DNA of 64,000 bases. Source: Acidobacteriota bacterium (GTDB lineage: Bacteria > Acidobacteriota > Thermoanaerobaculia > UBA5066). The DNA lies in assembly GCA_039930645.1 (NCBI GenBank), contig JBDTTJ010000001.1, positions 2,554 to 66,553 of the forward strand, written 5' to 3'. The notes under the pieces are model-generated. The model was given only the letters and a program-made list of their open reading frames with translations. It was not told the origin of the DNA and ran no database searches. The translations under genes were made by a program, and so were the position numbers. Positions within the stretch are counted from its first letter, which is position 1. The number at the start of each line of letters is the position of its first letter. Below are positions 44,960 through 53,871 of this stretch, in pieces.

Positions 44960-46816
44960 TCAAAGGACGATCTGGTCGCCGGCGCGCGGCGCCCAGCGGC
45001 GCATGACGCCCTCGCGCTGCTTCGTCGACGCCACGAGCTGGCTGAAGGAGTTCACGGAGGCGTAGAGGGAGAGGAAACGTTCGAGCACGGACGCGAAGAG
45101 ATACACGCCCGAGCCCACGAAGTTCTGCTCGTCGAGTTCGATCGAGACCTCGAGTCCCCTCACGAATCCCGGGTGGATGTCGCGAAGCGGCCGGACGACC
45201 CGGCGCGCCGAGAGCTTCGAGATCCCGTCGATCTGCTGTCGCGTGACCGACGAATCGGCCATGTCGTAGAGCCGCAGGATCTCCCGGAGCGCCTCCGGGC
45301 CCTTCTCCCCCTCGCGCTCGACGAGAGACAGGACGTTCAGCGCGAGGTGCGAGATGAGCCGCCAGTGCGCTCCGCGCCGGAGAGGCGGACGGAGGCTTGC
45401 CGTCGGTTTCACGAGGCTGCGAATCGCCGTGAAAATGCCGGGCCCTTCAAGCTGGAAGTCCCCGTCGGGATTTCCGAACGGGAGGCGAGCCGGAAGGTCC
45501 CGGTTCGAACAGGTGACGTGAAGGGTCAGTGTTTCGGTGTCGGGCACCGTGGGATCGAAGTTCATGTCGACGAGCGTGAGGTACACCTCGGTCCCGTCGT
45601 CGTCCTTCCGCTCCGACGGGCGCCGGCTCGCGTGCCAGAAGGCCTGCTGGCCGGCCCGTTCCGCGTTGTGACGGAACGCGAAAAAAGGCTGGTACGTCCG
45701 CGCGGTCTCGAGGTCGGCGCTCGTCGACGTCACGCTGTCCACGGACCAGATCTCGTGCGCCCCCGGGCGCCTCAGGTTTGGAATCACGCGGTACTCGTGA
45801 CTGAGTTGGGTCACTCGAATGGGTTCGGCCAACTGGGAGAAGAGGTTGACGACAGGAGTCGCATGGAGACGGAACGTCTGTGCCGAGACGCTCCGTTCCG
45901 CCGCGAAGGGACGAGCCAGGAGTATCCGCACGTCGAGCGTGTCCTTGAAGCCGTGCCCCTGGAGCCGGTCGAGCCCCTCGAGGTCCACGAACAGGAACTT
46001 CTCCGGGAATGAGAAGTACTCCTGGAGGACCCGGTATCCCCGGAAGAGCCGGTCCGGTGTTGGCAGGAGCGTCTCGTCGTCGGCGAAACCGACCGGGCGA
46101 AGAGCCTCCGGCCCCAGGACGACCGCCGCTGAGTCGGGCGACGTGGCCTGCGGCCTCAGCTCGACGGCGAGCACGTCGTTGAAGAGCAGCTCGTAAAGCG
46201 CGTGGACGACCTTGCCTTCGCCCTGCAGGTAGAAGCGGAGCCCCGCGAGCGGCCGCTCGACGCCCTCGGCCGCCTTCTCCTTCAGCTCGGAGAGCGCGGC
46301 GCCTCCCAGGATCCGCAAGTCGAGGTGGAGCATGGTCCGCGCATCGCGGCCGTCGATCGTGACGGCGGGCGCCTGCTCGAAGCGTGCCGCCTTCACCTCG
46401 ACCGGCCAGATTGTGACCGGATAGGCGGTTCGGAAGCGGCACGGAATCCCGTCGACGGGTGCGGACGCGAGAGTCGAGCCCTTCGGAATCGTCTGTCCCG
46501 TCTGGAGGCTGACCTGGTCGGGGTTGAGGACGAACTGCACCACCGACATCGACGGCACGGGCGCCAGGACCGTCGGGTACAGGATCCCGAGGAGAGACTC
46601 CGTGATCTCGGGGAACTCGTCGTCGATCTTGAGCCGCACGCGCGCCGCGAGGAAGGCAAAGGCCTCGAGGAGTCGTTCGACGTGCGGGTCTTCGCACTTG
46701 TCCGGCTCGAGCTGCAGGCGGGACGCGACCTTCGGGTACTTGTCGGCGAACTCCGCCCCCATCTGGCGAAGAAAACTCAGCTCGCGTTCGTAGTACTCCA
46801 GGAGGTCGCTGCGCAT
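44960..46816 (-). CDS. tssF: T6SS baseplate protein TssF
   Basis: 618 aa. 'LLEYYERELSFLRQMGAEFADKYPKVASRLQL'. Start at residue 113 of ORF 44960..47152. Confidence 0.85.
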   Translation of the reverse strand: MRSDLLEYYERELSFLRQMGAEFADKYPKVASRLQLEPDKCEDPHVERLLEAFAFLAARVRLKIDDEFPEITESLLGILYPTVLAPVPSMSVVQFVLNPDQVSLQTGQTIPKGSTLASAPVDGIPCRFRTAYPVTIWPVEVKAARFEQAPAVTIDGRDARTMLHLDLRILGGAALSELKEKAAEGVERPLAGLRFYLQGEGKVVHALYELLFNDVLAVELRPQATSPDSAAVVLGPEALRPVGFADDETLLPTPDRLFRGYRVLQEYFSFPEKFLFVDLEGLDRLQGHGFKDTLDVRILLARPFAAERSVSAQTFRLHATPVVNLFSQLAEPIRVTQLSHEYRVIPNLRRPGAHEIWSVDSVTSTSADLETARTYQPFFAFRHNAERAGQQAFWHASRRPSERKDDDGTEVYLTLVDMNFDPTVPDTETLTLHVTCSNRDLPARLPFGNPDGDFQLEGPGIFTAIRSLVKPTASLRPPLRRGAHWRLISHLALNVLSLVEREGEKGPEALREILRLYDMADSSVTRQQIDGISKLSARRVVRPLRDIHPGFVRGLEVSIELDEQNFVGSGVYLFASVLERFLSLYASVNSFSQLVASTKQREGVMRRWAPRAGDQIVL

Positions 46817-47298
46817 CAGTCGCCCTTCACCGCGAAATTGCCGCTCCCGAGCTGGAGCGTCGTGTCGAACGAAATCGGCTCGGGGACGGGATCGATGCGA
46901 AGCCGTGCCTCGATCTTGAAGCGGAAGGCCCGCTCGAGAACGGATGCGTTCACGACGCTGACGACGATGTCCTCGAGGCGGGGCTCGAACCGCTTGAGCG
47001 CGGCCTCGAGCGCGAGGGTGAGCTCGTGCTGGTCCCCGGTGCTCTTCACGCTGAAGTTCGTGAAGTCCGGGAGGCCGTACGCGAGCATGGAGTTGGCGAG
47101 GAGCGGCAGCTCCTCGGGCACCTCGACGACGCGCCTCGTGTTGAGCAGCCACTCGAGGTCGCGTTTCAGGGCCACTTTGACCTGGCGAAGCGCCTTCGAA
47201 CGCGAACCGGAAGCTTCGGCCTTCACATCCGGCTCGAAATCGATGAGCCGGTCGAGGACCGAGAGGTCGATCCGGATCTCGTCGTCGATCCTCGACAT
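46816..47298 (-). CDS. tssE: T6SS baseplate protein TssE (gp25-like)
   Basis: 160 aa with a gp25/lysozyme-like fold signature. Start/stop overlap with tssF. Confidence 0.75.
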   Translation of the reverse strand: MSRIDDEIRIDLSVLDRLIDFEPDVKAEASGSRSKALRQVKVALKRDLEWLLNTRRVVEVPEELPLLANSMLAYGLPDFTNFSVKSTGDQHELTLALEAALKRFEPRLEDIVVSVVNASVLERAFRFKIEARLRIDPVPEPISFDTTLQLGSGNFAVKGD

Positions 47299-47359
47299 TG
47301 CGTTGGCGGGGCGGGAGCCGGGCCGGCGATGAATCGCCGGCCCTTGGCCGTCCCGTCTC

Positions 47360-48844
47360 TTACTTCCTCGTCGGAGCCGGCAGCTCGGCCACGAGGCGCA
47401 GGGAAACCGACAGCTCATCGAGCTGGAAGTGAGGCCGGAGGAAAGCGATCGCCTTGTAGACGCCGGGCTTGCCGGGAACCTCCGCCACCTCGATTCGGGC
47501 CTCGCGAAGGGGAAACTGCGCCTTGACGGAAGGCGAGGCCGTGTCGTCGGGGGTGACGTAGTTCGCGATCCACTTGTTGAGGAAGAACTCGACGTCGGCG
47601 CGCGAGGCGAAGCTGCCGATCTTGTCCCGCATGATCGCCTTGAGGAAGTGGGCGAATCGGGACACCGCGAAGATGTAGGGGAGCTGCGTCGAGAGACGCG
47701 CGTTCGCATTCGCGAAGTCGGTGTCGTACTTCTTCGCCTTCTGGGCCGACTGCCCGCCGAAGAACGCCGCGTAGTCGGTGTTCTTGCAGTGGACGAGCGA
47801 GATGAAGCCGAGGTCCGAGAACTCCTTCTCGCGGCGGTCGGTGATGGCGATCTCGGTCGGGCACTTCAGCGCCACGTCGCCTTCGTCGGTCTGGAAGGTG
47901 TGCGCCGGGAGCCCCTGCACGAGCCCGCCGCCCTCCACGCCGCGGATCGCGACGGTCCAGTTGTAGAGGGCGAAGGCCTCGGTCAGGCGCGTTCCGTAGG
48001 AGTAGGCCGCGTTTCCCCAGAGGTATTTCTTGTGGTCCTTGCCGTCCACGTCCTCTTCGAAATTGAAGCTCTCGACCGGGTTGGTGTCTTTCCCGTAGGG
48101 AAGGCGCATGAGCGTGTGGGGAAGGGTGAGCCCGACGTAGCGCGAATCCTCCGAGTCGCGGAACGAGCGCCACTTGGCGTACTCGGTCCGGTCGAAGATC
48201 TTGGCGAGGTCGCGCACCTCGGTCAGCTCGGTATACGTCTGCCAGCCGAACATCTCCGGCGAGGCGGCCGAGATGAAGGGAGCGTTCGCCGCGGCGGCGA
48301 CGCCCGAGATCTTCTCGAGGAGCGACATGTCCTGCGGGTGGTTGCCGAACTCGTAGTCCCCGATCAGAGCACCGAACGGGGCGCCGCCGAACGTTCCGTA
48401 CTCCTCTTCGTAAATCTTCTTGAAGAGCGCGGACTGGTCGAATTCCGCGGCCCGCTCGAGATCCTTCAGGAGGTCCTTCTTGGACACGTTCAGCACCCGG
48501 ATCTTGAGCATCGTCGACGTCTCGCTCTCGAACACGAGATGGTGCAGGCCGCGCCAGCTTCCCTCGAGCTTCTGGAAGTCCGGGTGGTGCATGACCTCGT
48601 TGAGCTGCGCCGAGAGGAGCTTGTCGATCGCCACGATGCGCGCGTTGATCGTGTGCTCGAGGTCCTTGGAGAGGACCACCTGCCCCTGGAGAGCCTGCTG
48701 GACGAATTCCGCCAGCATGTCCTTGGCGTTGTCCACCTGGTCCTCGCGAAGGGCCAGACGCCCGCTCTCGAGGATCTTGTTGAGGAGTCCCCCCTCCTGC
48801 TCCTGAACGACGGACTCGGCCTTTTTTTCGGGGTTCTTACTCAT
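47360..48844 (-). CDS. tssC: T6SS contractile sheath large subunit TssC (VipB)
   Basis: 494 aa. 'YLWGNAAYSYGTRLTEAFALYNWTVAIRGVEGGGLVQGLPAHTF'. Confidence 0.9.
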   Translation of the reverse strand: MSKNPEKKAESVVQEQEGGLLNKILESGRLALREDQVDNAKDMLAEFVQQALQGQVVLSKDLEHTINARIVAIDKLLSAQLNEVMHHPDFQKLEGSWRGLHHLVFESETSTMLKIRVLNVSKKDLLKDLERAAEFDQSALFKKIYEEEYGTFGGAPFGALIGDYEFGNHPQDMSLLEKISGVAAAANAPFISAASPEMFGWQTYTELTEVRDLAKIFDRTEYAKWRSFRDSEDSRYVGLTLPHTLMRLPYGKDTNPVESFNFEEDVDGKDHKKYLWGNAAYSYGTRLTEAFALYNWTVAIRGVEGGGLVQGLPAHTFQTDEGDVALKCPTEIAITDRREKEFSDLGFISLVHCKNTDYAAFFGGQSAQKAKKYDTDFANANARLSTQLPYIFAVSRFAHFLKAIMRDKIGSFASRADVEFFLNKWIANYVTPDDTASPSVKAQFPLREARIEVAEVPGKPGVYKAIAFLRPHFQLDELSVSLRLVAELPAPTRK

Positions 48845-49376
48845 GGGGTTCTTCCTTCTTCGCGTCCTCGTCCGTCACGACGCCGAGCTGCTTGCCCAGC
48901 TGCCTCTGAGCGTTCGGGTCCTTGAGGAGGTCGGTCAGCATGGCCTCGAGCTTGTCGTTCCCGTCGGTCTTCGACAGGATGTCGCGCAGCTTCTGGCGGG
49001 CTTCGACGAGCTTTCTCAGGGGTTCGACCTGCTGGACGACCTGATCGGGCTCGAAGTCCGTCATGTTGTTGAACTTCATCTCGACGTTCATCTTGCTGCC
49101 GTCGTCGGACAGCTTGTTGTCCACGCGAAGAGCGAGGCGAGGAGCCTGGGCCGCGAGGACCTGGTCGAAGTTGTCGCGGTCTATCTCGATGAGCTTCCGG
49201 TCTTTCAGCCTCGGGAGCGCCTCGACCGGCTGGCCGGAGAAGTCGCCGAGGACCCCGACCACGAACGGCAGCTCCTTCATCTCGATGGCGCCGCCGATCT
49301 CCACGTCGTACGTGATCTGCACGCGGGGAGGGCGAATCCTCTTGAGTTTTTGCTGGATGCTTTCCTTCTTCGGCAT
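48837..49376 (-). CDS. tssB: T6SS contractile sheath small subunit TssB (VipA)
   Basis: 179 aa. 'LPFVVGVLGDFSG'. Overlaps tssC by 8 nt. Confidence 0.9.
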   Translation of the reverse strand: MPKKESIQQKLKRIRPPRVQITYDVEIGGAIEMKELPFVVGVLGDFSGQPVEALPRLKDRKLIEIDRDNFDQVLAAQAPRLALRVDNKLSDDGSKMNVEMKFNNMTDFEPDQVVQQVEPLRKLVEARQKLRDILSKTDGNDKLEAMLTDLLKDPNAQRQLGKQLGVVTDEDAKKEEPHE

Positions 49377-49387
49377 GGATCCCTCCC

Positions 49388-50497
49388 TCAGGTACCAGTG
49401 CTGCCGGACTCGCCCTTGAGGCCGAGAGTTTCGCGCAGACCGGCGAGAACGTTGTTGTCCTTGATCACGTCGACGAGCCAGGCGTCGAGCGGCATCTGTC
49501 CCCAGGTGATCGCCCGCTGGACGAGGTACGAGACCGGGCTGTGCGGCTCGGTCCGACGGAAGTAGTCGGCGACCTGCGCGAGCTGGGCGAGCGCCTGGTC
49601 GCGGGCCCTGATGGCCCCGCCCGGCCCGCCCGCGGCGCCTCCCGCCGATTCGCCCTCGGCCCCTTCCGCGGCGTCGGACGGGTCGGGCTCTTCGAGCCGT
49701 TTCTCCTTGACGACCTTCTCGAGCAGGCTCCGGATCCCCTCGAGAGTCTTCGTGAGGCTGCCGAGTCCAGGGGTCTGGCGCGCGAAGCGGGCGTCCATCG
49801 CCTTGTCGAGAGCCTTCAGCGCCGCCCAGCTCTCGGCGACGTCCGAGCTGAGCTCCTCGTAAAACGCCCGGCGCGTGTCGCTCTTGGCCTTCCGGATCTC
49901 CTCTCCCGTGACCTTCCCTTCCATCTGGGCGCGCGCGCGCTTCTCTTCCAGCTGCTGAAGCGCCTCGCTGGAGAGCTTCGACGTGTCTGCCGGAAAGTCG
50001 TACTGAAGGGCGTCTTCCCACTGGAAGAAGTTGAAGTTCGCCCCGCCGCGTTTCGTCAGGGATACCTTCCTGGCGGCATCCGCGGCCTGTCGGTCCAGCC
50101 ACGCGAGCGAGTTCGCGCGCGCCTCGAGGTCGTTTCCCTCGTCGATCTCGGGATACAGAGTGTCCCAGTAGGTGTCGAGAAGGCCGGCAGCGAGCTTGAG
50201 CGAATCCCTCAGGCCCGGGAAGCCGTTCATGTTCACGGCGGCTTCGGAAAGCCAGGCCACGATCTGGAGATCCTTCGTCTTGCCGGCCAGGCTCTCACCG
50301 GATAGCTCGGCCACCTTCTCCCAGTCGGCTACTTTCAGTTCGTGAACCCAGTCCCCCTGCGAAACGTCGTCGTCGGCGCGGCGCGCCTCGCGGATCTCGT
50401 CGTGGAGCCCCGAATACTGCAGGTTCTCCCCGCTCGGGTTTTCACCGGCGATCGGCGCGAGGAGCGCGTCCAGGTTGAAAACAGGGGCTGACGGCAT
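49388..50497 (-). CDS. tssA: T6SS protein TssA (ImpA N-terminal domain)
   Basis: 369 aa with an ImpA_N-like N-terminus: 'FNLDALLAPIAGENPSGENLQYSGLHDEIREAR...WEKV'. Confidence 0.7.
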   Translation of the reverse strand: MPSAPVFNLDALLAPIAGENPSGENLQYSGLHDEIREARRADDDVSQGDWVHELKVADWEKVAELSGESLAGKTKDLQIVAWLSEAAVNMNGFPGLRDSLKLAAGLLDTYWDTLYPEIDEGNDLEARANSLAWLDRQAADAARKVSLTKRGGANFNFFQWEDALQYDFPADTSKLSSEALQQLEEKRARAQMEGKVTGEEIRKAKSDTRRAFYEELSSDVAESWAALKALDKAMDARFARQTPGLGSLTKTLEGIRSLLEKVVKEKRLEEPDPSDAAEGAEGESAGGAAGGPGGAIRARDQALAQLAQVADYFRRTEPHSPVSYLVQRAITWGQMPLDAWLVDVIKDNNVLAGLRETLGLKGESGSTGT

Positions 50498-50620
50498 CGC
50501 GACAATTTCCTCCGGTCAGAGAGAGACGCTTATGCCATTCGAAGGGCAACAGTTAGAATGCTGAAGGATAGCGACGGCGCGGACCCCGGTCAAGAGCCGG
50601 TCGAGGAGCAAGGAGAAGCC
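50498..50620. promoter_or_regulatory. divergent intergenic region between tssA (main T6SS operon, minus) and tagJ (plus). Expected promoter region
   Basis: 123 nt, relatively AT-rich for this genome. No conserved promoter motif could be assigned by eye. Confidence 0.25.
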
Positions 50621-51433
50621 ATGCCGACACCCCGAGAACTGTATCAGGCCGGTCAACTTCAGGCGGCGATCCAGGCTCTCACGGCCGAGGTCAAGGCCAA
50701 GCCCGCCGACGGGCCCACTCGGATTTTCCTCTTCGAGCTCCTCTCCTTCGCGGGCGACTGGGACCGTGCCAAGAAGCAGATCGAGGTCCTCGGACAGGCG
50801 GGCCCGAACGAGGCGCTCGCGGTGCAGGTGTACCTGGCGAACATCGAGGCCGAACGCGCGAGGGAACGCCTCTTCTCGGAGGGTCTCCATCCCCACTTCC
50901 TGAACGAGCCGCCTTCATACGTGGACCGTCACCTGGAGGCCATCAACCGGATCCGGGAGGGGAACTTCGCCGAGGCCAGGAGCGTTCTCGACGGGGCGGA
51001 AGAAGAGCGTCCCGCGCTGGCGGGGACGCTGAACGGACGGCCTTTCGCCGACTTCCGCGACTCGGACGACGTGATCGGGCCCGTCCTCGAGCTGATCGTC
51101 AAGGACAAATACACCTGGCTCCCGTTCGAGCAGGTCCGACGCATCGAAATCACCCCTCCTTCGAAGCTCCGGGACCTCGTCTGGGCCCGCGCGAAGGTCG
51201 AGGCGCTGGACGGAACCGTCGGCGACGTGTACCTGCCGGCGCTCTACGAGGGATCCTGCCGCAACGCGGACGACCGGCTCAGGCTCGGGAGGATGACGGC
51301 CTGGACTCCGCTGGCCGACGACCTGGCCCGGGGTGCGGGGCTGAAGACGTTCCAGGTGGGCGAAGACGACGTGGCGCTCTTCGAGGCCCGGCAGGTCGAG
51401 TTTCGTCCGGCGCCACCCGCCGCCGTCGCCTGA
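50621..51433 (+). CDS. tagJ: T6SS accessory protein TagJ (ImpE family)
   Basis: 270 aa from the ATG with an AAGGAGA RBS. TPR-like N-terminal half and ImpE-like C-terminal half. Family call from memory. Confidence 0.5.
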   Translation: MPTPRELYQAGQLQAAIQALTAEVKAKPADGPTRIFLFELLSFAGDWDRAKKQIEVLGQAGPNEALAVQVYLANIEAERARERLFSEGLHPHFLNEPPSYVDRHLEAINRIREGNFAEARSVLDGAEEERPALAGTLNGRPFADFRDSDDVIGPVLELIVKDKYTWLPFEQVRRIEITPPSKLRDLVWARAKVEALDGTVGDVYLPALYEGSCRNADDRLRLGRMTAWTPLADDLARGAGLKTFQVGEDDVALFEARQVEFRPAPPAAVA

Positions 51434-51502
51434 GCCGGAAAGGAAAGGCCCTCGCCGCGGGGCGAGGGCCTTCTGCACGGAACAGGAAGCGAGCCGCGGG
51501 GC

Positions 51503-51991
51503 TCAGCCGAATTCGTTCTTCTTCTGGTCGTACCACTTCCACGTCATGCCATCGAGACTGCCGTCGGGCTTCTGCTTCGCGTACCCGAACTCGATCTTGC
51601 TGAAGTTCAGCGAGATCTGATCGACGGGGAGTTCGTCGGAGTGGGAGGACCCGCCCACCTGATAGCTGGACACGATGACGTCGGAGAGCTTGATCTTCAA
51701 GTACTCCTGCTGCCCCTTGCCCGCCTTGCGGCACGTCAGGTCCGCCTTCTTGAAGTGCTGGCCGTTGGCGCACGCCTGGAAGAGAGGCGACGAAGCGTTG
51801 TTCGCCTTCATCGTGAAGTGGAAGTCGTTCATCGAGACCTTCCCGGTGCCGGCTCCCCCTCCGTGTGCAGACGAGCCCGTTTGCGCCGCCCCCCACGACC
51901 AGGAGTAAATGTCGATCTCGTCCTTGTGCTTCGAGTCACTACTCTCGCCCTTGATGTCGTCGATCTTCAGAAAAAAATCTACTGCTCCCAT
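51503..51991 (-). CDS. hcp: T6SS tube protein Hcp (TssD), copy 1
   Basis: 162 aa. 'DFFLKIDDIKGESSDSKHKDEIDIYSWSWG'. Confidence 0.9.
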   Translation of the reverse strand: MGAVDFFLKIDDIKGESSDSKHKDEIDIYSWSWGAAQTGSSAHGGGAGTGKVSMNDFHFTMKANNASSPLFQACANGQHFKKADLTCRKAGKGQQEYLKIKLSDVIVSSYQVGGSSHSDELPVDQISLNFSKIEFGYAKQKPDGSLDGMTWKWYDQKKNEFG

Positions 51992-52159
51992 AACCTGCTC
52001 CTTTCACTCGGTGCTGCTGGCTGTTCGTGCTGTTGTGCGGTATCGCTCGTCGCCGATGACGTTCGTTCTCGGACTCGTTCGCAAAGATAGGTCGCGCAGG
52101 ACCGAATTCAACCCGGTCTCGACAGTCGCGTGACGGCGGTCATCATGAGCGGGCGCCTC

Positions 52160-52642
52160 TCACTTGTTCGCCATCAGGCTGAAGTCGAACTGAAGAAAGC
52201 CCGTCCCTCCTCCCGTGCTCGTCTGACCCTGGGATTTCACGGTGAGCTTCCCGTACGAGAGGTCGAACTCGCACGGCGGGAACCCGTCACCCTCACCGGC
52301 CCCGAGGTCGCCGATCTCGACCCTCATCACGAGGACCTCGGACAGCTCCACGATGAGGAAGTCGAGCGGGACCTTGCCCGCCTTGCGGCACGTCAGGGTG
52401 GCCTTGCTGATCTTCGTGTGATTCACGGTCTTGTCGAAGAGCTTCGCGGTCGCCTGCTCGATCTTCCCGTGAATGGTCAGGGTCGACATCCGGGCCGCGC
52501 CGGCCGCGAGGTTCGTAAACGCGTCGCGCGGCGTATCGGCGTGCAGTCGAAAGCCGTCGATCTGCATCTCGACCGTGTTCTTGACGTCTTTGCTTTCGCC
52601 GAGCACTCCGTCGAGCTTCAGAAACATGTCGACGTCGGACAT
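52160..52642 (-). CDS. hcp: T6SS tube protein Hcp (TssD), copy 2 (divergent paralogue)
   Basis: 160 aa. 'DMFLKLDGVLGESKDVKNTVEMQIDGF'. Confidence 0.85.
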   Translation of the reverse strand: MSDVDMFLKLDGVLGESKDVKNTVEMQIDGFRLHADTPRDAFTNLAAGAARMSTLTIHGKIEQATAKLFDKTVNHTKISKATLTCRKAGKVPLDFLIVELSEVLVMRVEIGDLGAGEGDGFPPCEFDLSYGKLTVKSQGQTSTGGGTGFLQFDFSLMANK

Positions 52643-52751
52643 GGGCCCTTCCCTCTCAAGCGTCTTGCGTTGCGGGGCGAATCATATGCTGCTGGTCAAG
52701 TTACGCGGAAGGCTCGAGGAAAATTCCGAACCGGGCGGGCAATCCGTGGCG

Positions 52752-53855
52752 TCAGCCGGCTTCGAGGAGCGAGTTGAGCGGCAGATCCCAGCCGGCCGGC
52801 TCCTGCGGGGAAATCAGCGCGGGCGGAGGCGCCGGCGCGTCCTGGTCCCCCGAGACGGCGGGCGCGGCCGCCGCTCCGAGAAGGAGGATCTCCTCCACGA
52901 CTTGCGGAGTCTCGGCCGAGGCGGGTGGCGACGCCACGGCCCCGGCGGCCGCCTCCGGGGCTTGCGCCGGCGTCGCGCGGACGAGTGGCGGGATCTCCTC
53001 GACGAAGTCGGTCGGAATCGCCTCCGGATGAAGAAGGAGGATGTCTTCCGCCCTCACGTCGCGGAAGAACACCACGCCGCGGGGCGCATCCCCTGTGGTC
53101 CGGTAGAGAACGCCGGTTGGAGCCGAGGTCTTCGCGAGCCGGACGGTCCAGAGCTTCAGCTGATCGATCGGGGGCGTCTCTTCAGCGAGCGGAACACGGA
53201 ACGCCGCGGCTCCGGCGGCCGGCCCCCGGGCGGCCGCGTCGAGAAGGGAGAGGAGGGCGGACCACCGGGTCTCGGCGTCGCGCTCGAACAGGGCCCTCGC
53301 GAGAGGTCCGATGCGTGGGCGCGCGAGCGCCTCGGCGAGCCGCAACCGGATCTGCTCGGGCGTCCGGAGGGGAACCTCGATCCGGGCCCCGCGGAGCTCC
53401 TGGTAGACGTCTGCGAGCGAGCCCCCGGCGTCGTACTTCCGCGCGATCTCGCGGGCGCGGCTCTCGAAGACCGCGAGGTAATCGAGCGCCGCCAGGACGG
53501 AGGTCACCGGCCTTGAGGCAGGCAGGATCGTGAAGAGCGCGAAGGGGAACTTCCGGAGACCGCCCTGGTCCGTGCTCCCCCAGAGGGCGCCCGCGGCCAT
53601 CCTGCGGCTCGCGGGCAGGCGGAGCAGGAACGCGTGGAGCGGGATCTCGGCCGAACGGCAGTCGTCGCGCGCGGACCAGAGCTTGCTGAACCCGTCGGAC
53701 AGCCAGTCACGAAACTCGCGCGACGCGTCGTCGGTGAGTCCGGCCGAGATGAAGTCCTTGTAGACGGGGAGCTTCCCGAATGCGAAGAGCGGCCACGATT
53801 CGGTCGGCGGTGGGTCGTCCGCCGACGGCTTCCGGAAAGAGGAGAGGAAACCCAC
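52752..53855 (-). CDS. tagF: T6SS-associated protein TagF (DUF2094)
   Basis: 'LFAFGKLPVYKDFISAG' N-terminus is typical of TagF. Pro/Ala-rich C-terminal tail. Confidence 0.6.
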   Translation of the reverse strand: MGFLSSFRKPSADDPPPTESWPLFAFGKLPVYKDFISAGLTDDASREFRDWLSDGFSKLWSARDDCRSAEIPLHAFLLRLPASRRMAAGALWGSTDQGGLRKFPFALFTILPASRPVTSVLAALDYLAVFESRAREIARKYDAGGSLADVYQELRGARIEVPLRTPEQIRLRLAEALARPRIGPLARALFERDAETRWSALLSLLDAAARGPAAGAAAFRVPLAEETPPIDQLKLWTVRLAKTSAPTGVLYRTTGDAPRGVVFFRDVRAEDILLLHPEAIPTDFVEEIPPLVRATPAQAPEAAAGAVASPPASAETPQVVEEILLLGAAAAPAVSGDQDAPAPPPALISPQEPAGWDLPLNSLLEAG

Positions 53856-53871
53856 GCGGCGCCTCGCGACC

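Noticed and set aside
51992-52159. Search for a sigma54 -24/-12 element upstream of hcp copy 1
   Set aside because: A TTGC -12-like element exists ('...CTATCTTTGCG') but has no GG at -24 with N10 spacing. No confident promoter call is possible.
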